Shown: one piece after another, positions 62,463-64,000 of the stretch
Layout: the number at the start of each line of letters is the position of its first letter
How positions within the stretch are numbered: position 1 is the first letter of the stretch
Position numbers and translations under genes: made by a program
The notes under the pieces: model-generated
The model's input: the letters and a program-made list of their open reading frames with translations, nothing else
Told to the model about the DNA's origin: nothing
The model's database searches: none
DNA from: Acidimicrobiia bacterium
Lineage (GTDB): Bacteria > Actinomycetota > Acidimicrobiia > IMCC26256 > JACPCJ01
NCBI GenBank assembly: GCA_035293045.1
Contig: DATDOY010000106.1
Location: 562 to 64,561, forward strand
Direction: 5' to 3'
DNA length: 64,000 nt

Positions 62463-63359
62463 TCAGACGGAGACGGTCTCTCGAATCGGGCGAGCGCGCA
62501 GGCCGCGCTTGACGGCGCGTGCGAGGTGCAAGGCCATCATCAACCACACGCCCGCGAGCACCACCGAAGCGGCGGCCATCGTGGTGGCGTCGGCGCCGAG
62601 CGCGCCGGCGAGCGTGCGAAGGTTGGTGGCGATGATGAACACCCCGATGGCGGTGCCGAGGGTGCGTTGGTCGAGATGGTGGGTGAGCCACGCGGCCACC
62701 GGGGCGGCCACGAGGCCACCGGCGAGCAGCGCGCCGATGAGGGCGAAGTTCAGGTTGGCGAATGGAAGGGCGATGAGAAACCCGGCCGTTGCGCCGAGCG
62801 AGACGAGGAACTCACTCGCCGACACGGTGCCGATCACCTGGCGCGGCTCCATGCGGCCCGCGGCGAGCAGCGTTGAGGTGCCGACCGGACCCCAGCCGCC
62901 GCCACCGGCGGCGTCGAGGAACCCGGCGCCCCCACCGAGGACGACGAAGAAGCGGCCCTGGTGGGGACGGCGGGCGACGACCTCGCCCACGCTCGCCCCT
63001 GCCCGGAACCGCACGATCACGTAGACGCCGAGGCCGAGGAGGAAGAGGGCGACGAAGGGCCCGACCCCCGCCACGGGCGCGGCGCTCAGGGCCACCGCGC
63101 CGAGGAAGGCCCCGAGGGCCCCGGGCGCGGCGAGCCAGCGAACGGCCCGCCAGTCGACGTTGCCGAACCGGTGGTGGGCCGCGCCGCCGGCCACGGCGGT
63201 TCCGAGCTTGGCGACGTGGACGCTGGCCGACGCCACGGCGGCGGCGGTACCCGTCGTCACGAGGAGGGAGGTGGACGTGACGCCGTATCCCATGCCGAGC
63301 GACCCGTCCACGAGCTGGGCGATGAGGCCCGCAAGGCCGAACGTGATCAGCTGCTGCAC
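62463..63359 (-). CDS. TauE/SafE family sulfite/anion exporter-like membrane protein
   Basis: MQQLITFGLAGLIAQLVDGSLGMGYGVTSTSLL and a second-half repeat GGAGFLDAAGGGGWGPV. About 8 TM helices. Confidence 0.85.
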   Translation of the reverse strand: MQQLITFGLAGLIAQLVDGSLGMGYGVTSTSLLVTTGTAAAVASASVHVAKLGTAVAGGAAHHRFGNVDWRAVRWLAAPGALGAFLGAVALSAAPVAGVGPFVALFLLGLGVYVIVRFRAGASVGEVVARRPHQGRFFVVLGGGAGFLDAAGGGGWGPVGTSTLLAAGRMEPRQVIGTVSASEFLVSLGATAGFLIALPFANLNFALIGALLAGGLVAAPVAAWLTHHLDQRTLGTAIGVFIIATNLRTLAGALGADATTMAAASVVLAGVWLMMALHLARAVKRGLRARPIRETVSV

Positions 63360-63539
63360 GTGGAATCCCTTTCACGCCCGAACGGACTGGCCGAAAACCT
63401 GACCTATCTGATCAGTTTTAAATCCGACCGTCAAGCTCGTATTTCGCCGTGTGGCGGGAATCACCTGCTCGGGGACGGCGGGCCCTGCCTGGGATCGTGC
63501 GGGAGCGGCCCGCCGCGGTCCACGCGTTAGCGTGCCCCG

Positions 63540-64000
63540 ATGACCTGCCCTGCCTGCGGAGCCAGCCTGGAACGAACCACCCGTGACGGCGTCGACGTCG
63601 ATGAGTGCAACCGGTGCCACGGGACATGGTTCGACGCCGACGAGCTCCGCCTGGCCAAGGATCGCACCGACGAGGATCTGCGCTGGCTCGACTTCGACCC
63701 CTTTCAGGAGACGCCTGGCGGAGCCACCTCGGGGCCGAGCGGCCGGGCGTGCCCCCACTGTGGGGTCGCCATGGACACGCGGGAGTACATGCACTCGGGC
63801 GTGAGGCTCGACGTGTGCCCAGATGGGCACGGGGTCTGGCTCGAGGAGGGGGAGTTCGCCAAGATCGTCGGCTACCTCGAGCACGTGGTGGTCTCGATGG
63901 ACGCCGGCGACTACGCCAAAGCGGCGCTCAGCGAGCTGAAGGAGATCGTGACCCACCCCGAGGGGTTTCGCTCGGAGATGAAGGACTTCTCGGTCGTGCT
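63540..64000 (+). CDS. Zn-ribbon (TFIIB-type zf, COG3809-like) protein, partial: continues beyond the window end
   Basis: Absent from the ORF track because it is open at the window end. ATG 63540. Two ribbon units: CPACG...ECNRCHGTWFDADEL and CPHCG...DVCPDGHGVWLEEGEF. Confidence 0.75.
   Translation, partial: MTCPACGASLERTTRDGVDVDECNRCHGTWFDADELRLAKDRTDEDLRWLDFDPFQETPGGATSGPSGRACPHCGVAMDTREYMHSGVRLDVCPDGHGVWLEEGEFAKIVGYLEHVVVSMDAGDYAKAALSELKEIVTHPEGFRSEMKDFSVV

Noticed and set aside
60230-62512. 760-aa + strand ORF
   Set aside because: The frame runs across three real genes: it is antisense to the HExxH protein, out of frame with NMO, and antisense to the small membrane protein and to TauE. 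The translation is dominated by Arg/Gly/Pro/Ala.

Overview
High-G+C, strongly GC3-biased chromosome segment of actinobacterial type. I did not compute composition. The Bacillus-style caa3 oxidase operon, a BldC-like regulator and the comEA-comEC-holA/rpsT/lepA and hrcA-dnaJ...phoH-ybeY-corC-era syntenies suggest a deep-branching actinobacterium such as Acidimicrobiia, but that is inference only. The window is densely coding: I support about 66 CDS, 3 tRNAs, one CIRCE operator, several strong hairpin terminators and two tandem repeats. Many long ORFs in the six-frame track are antisense or out-of-frame shadows typical of high-GC DNA, and I rejected them.

Main blocks:
- Competence and replication: comEA, a short comEC, a divergent folP paralogue, holA.
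- rpsT / lepA.
- Lrp regulator plus the phhA-hppD-hmgA-FAH aromatic amino-acid catabolic cluster.
- hemW, CIRCE-hrcA-dnaJ, an XRE HTH gene, HIT, phoH-ybeY-corC-era and a lipoprotein.
- ctaCDEFG caa3 oxidase plus a membrane-anchored tandem cupredoxin.
- Lipid kinase, uppS, recO, gdh, glyQS, SPFH, ppdK.
- bldC-like, dgt, dnaG, sigA.
- A tRNA-Asn / tRNA-Met pair flanking an HTH + LAGLIDADG-like ORF.
- An accessory-looking stretch: degenerate RadC-like, DCC, PIG-L, small orphan, ALDH, 5'-3' exonuclease.
- ECF sigma with a long C-terminal extension plus a coupled small secreted peptide, then menB-like, GGDEF-EAL and a PQQ-propeller lipoprotein.
- Redox enzymes, two tandem IMPases, a serine hydrolase, DUF523, tRNA-Val.
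- DUF164, rnhA, histidine phosphatase, an orphan HExxH protein, NMO, TauE and a partial Zn-ribbon protein.

No CRISPR array, rRNA, transposase, integrase or recognisable defence system is visible. The most unusual candidates are:
1. The extended ECF sigma plus its translationally coupled two-cysteine secreted peptide (47608-48890).
2. The HTH-LAGLIDADG-like ORF that reads into tRNA-Asn (41856-42697).
3. The tandem cupredoxin coupled to ctaG (25838-26731).
4. The orphan HExxHxxxxxH protein (60128-60916).
5. The repeat structures at 35918-36128 and 55652-55698.

All functional calls rest on motif-level recognition by eye. No database search was run.
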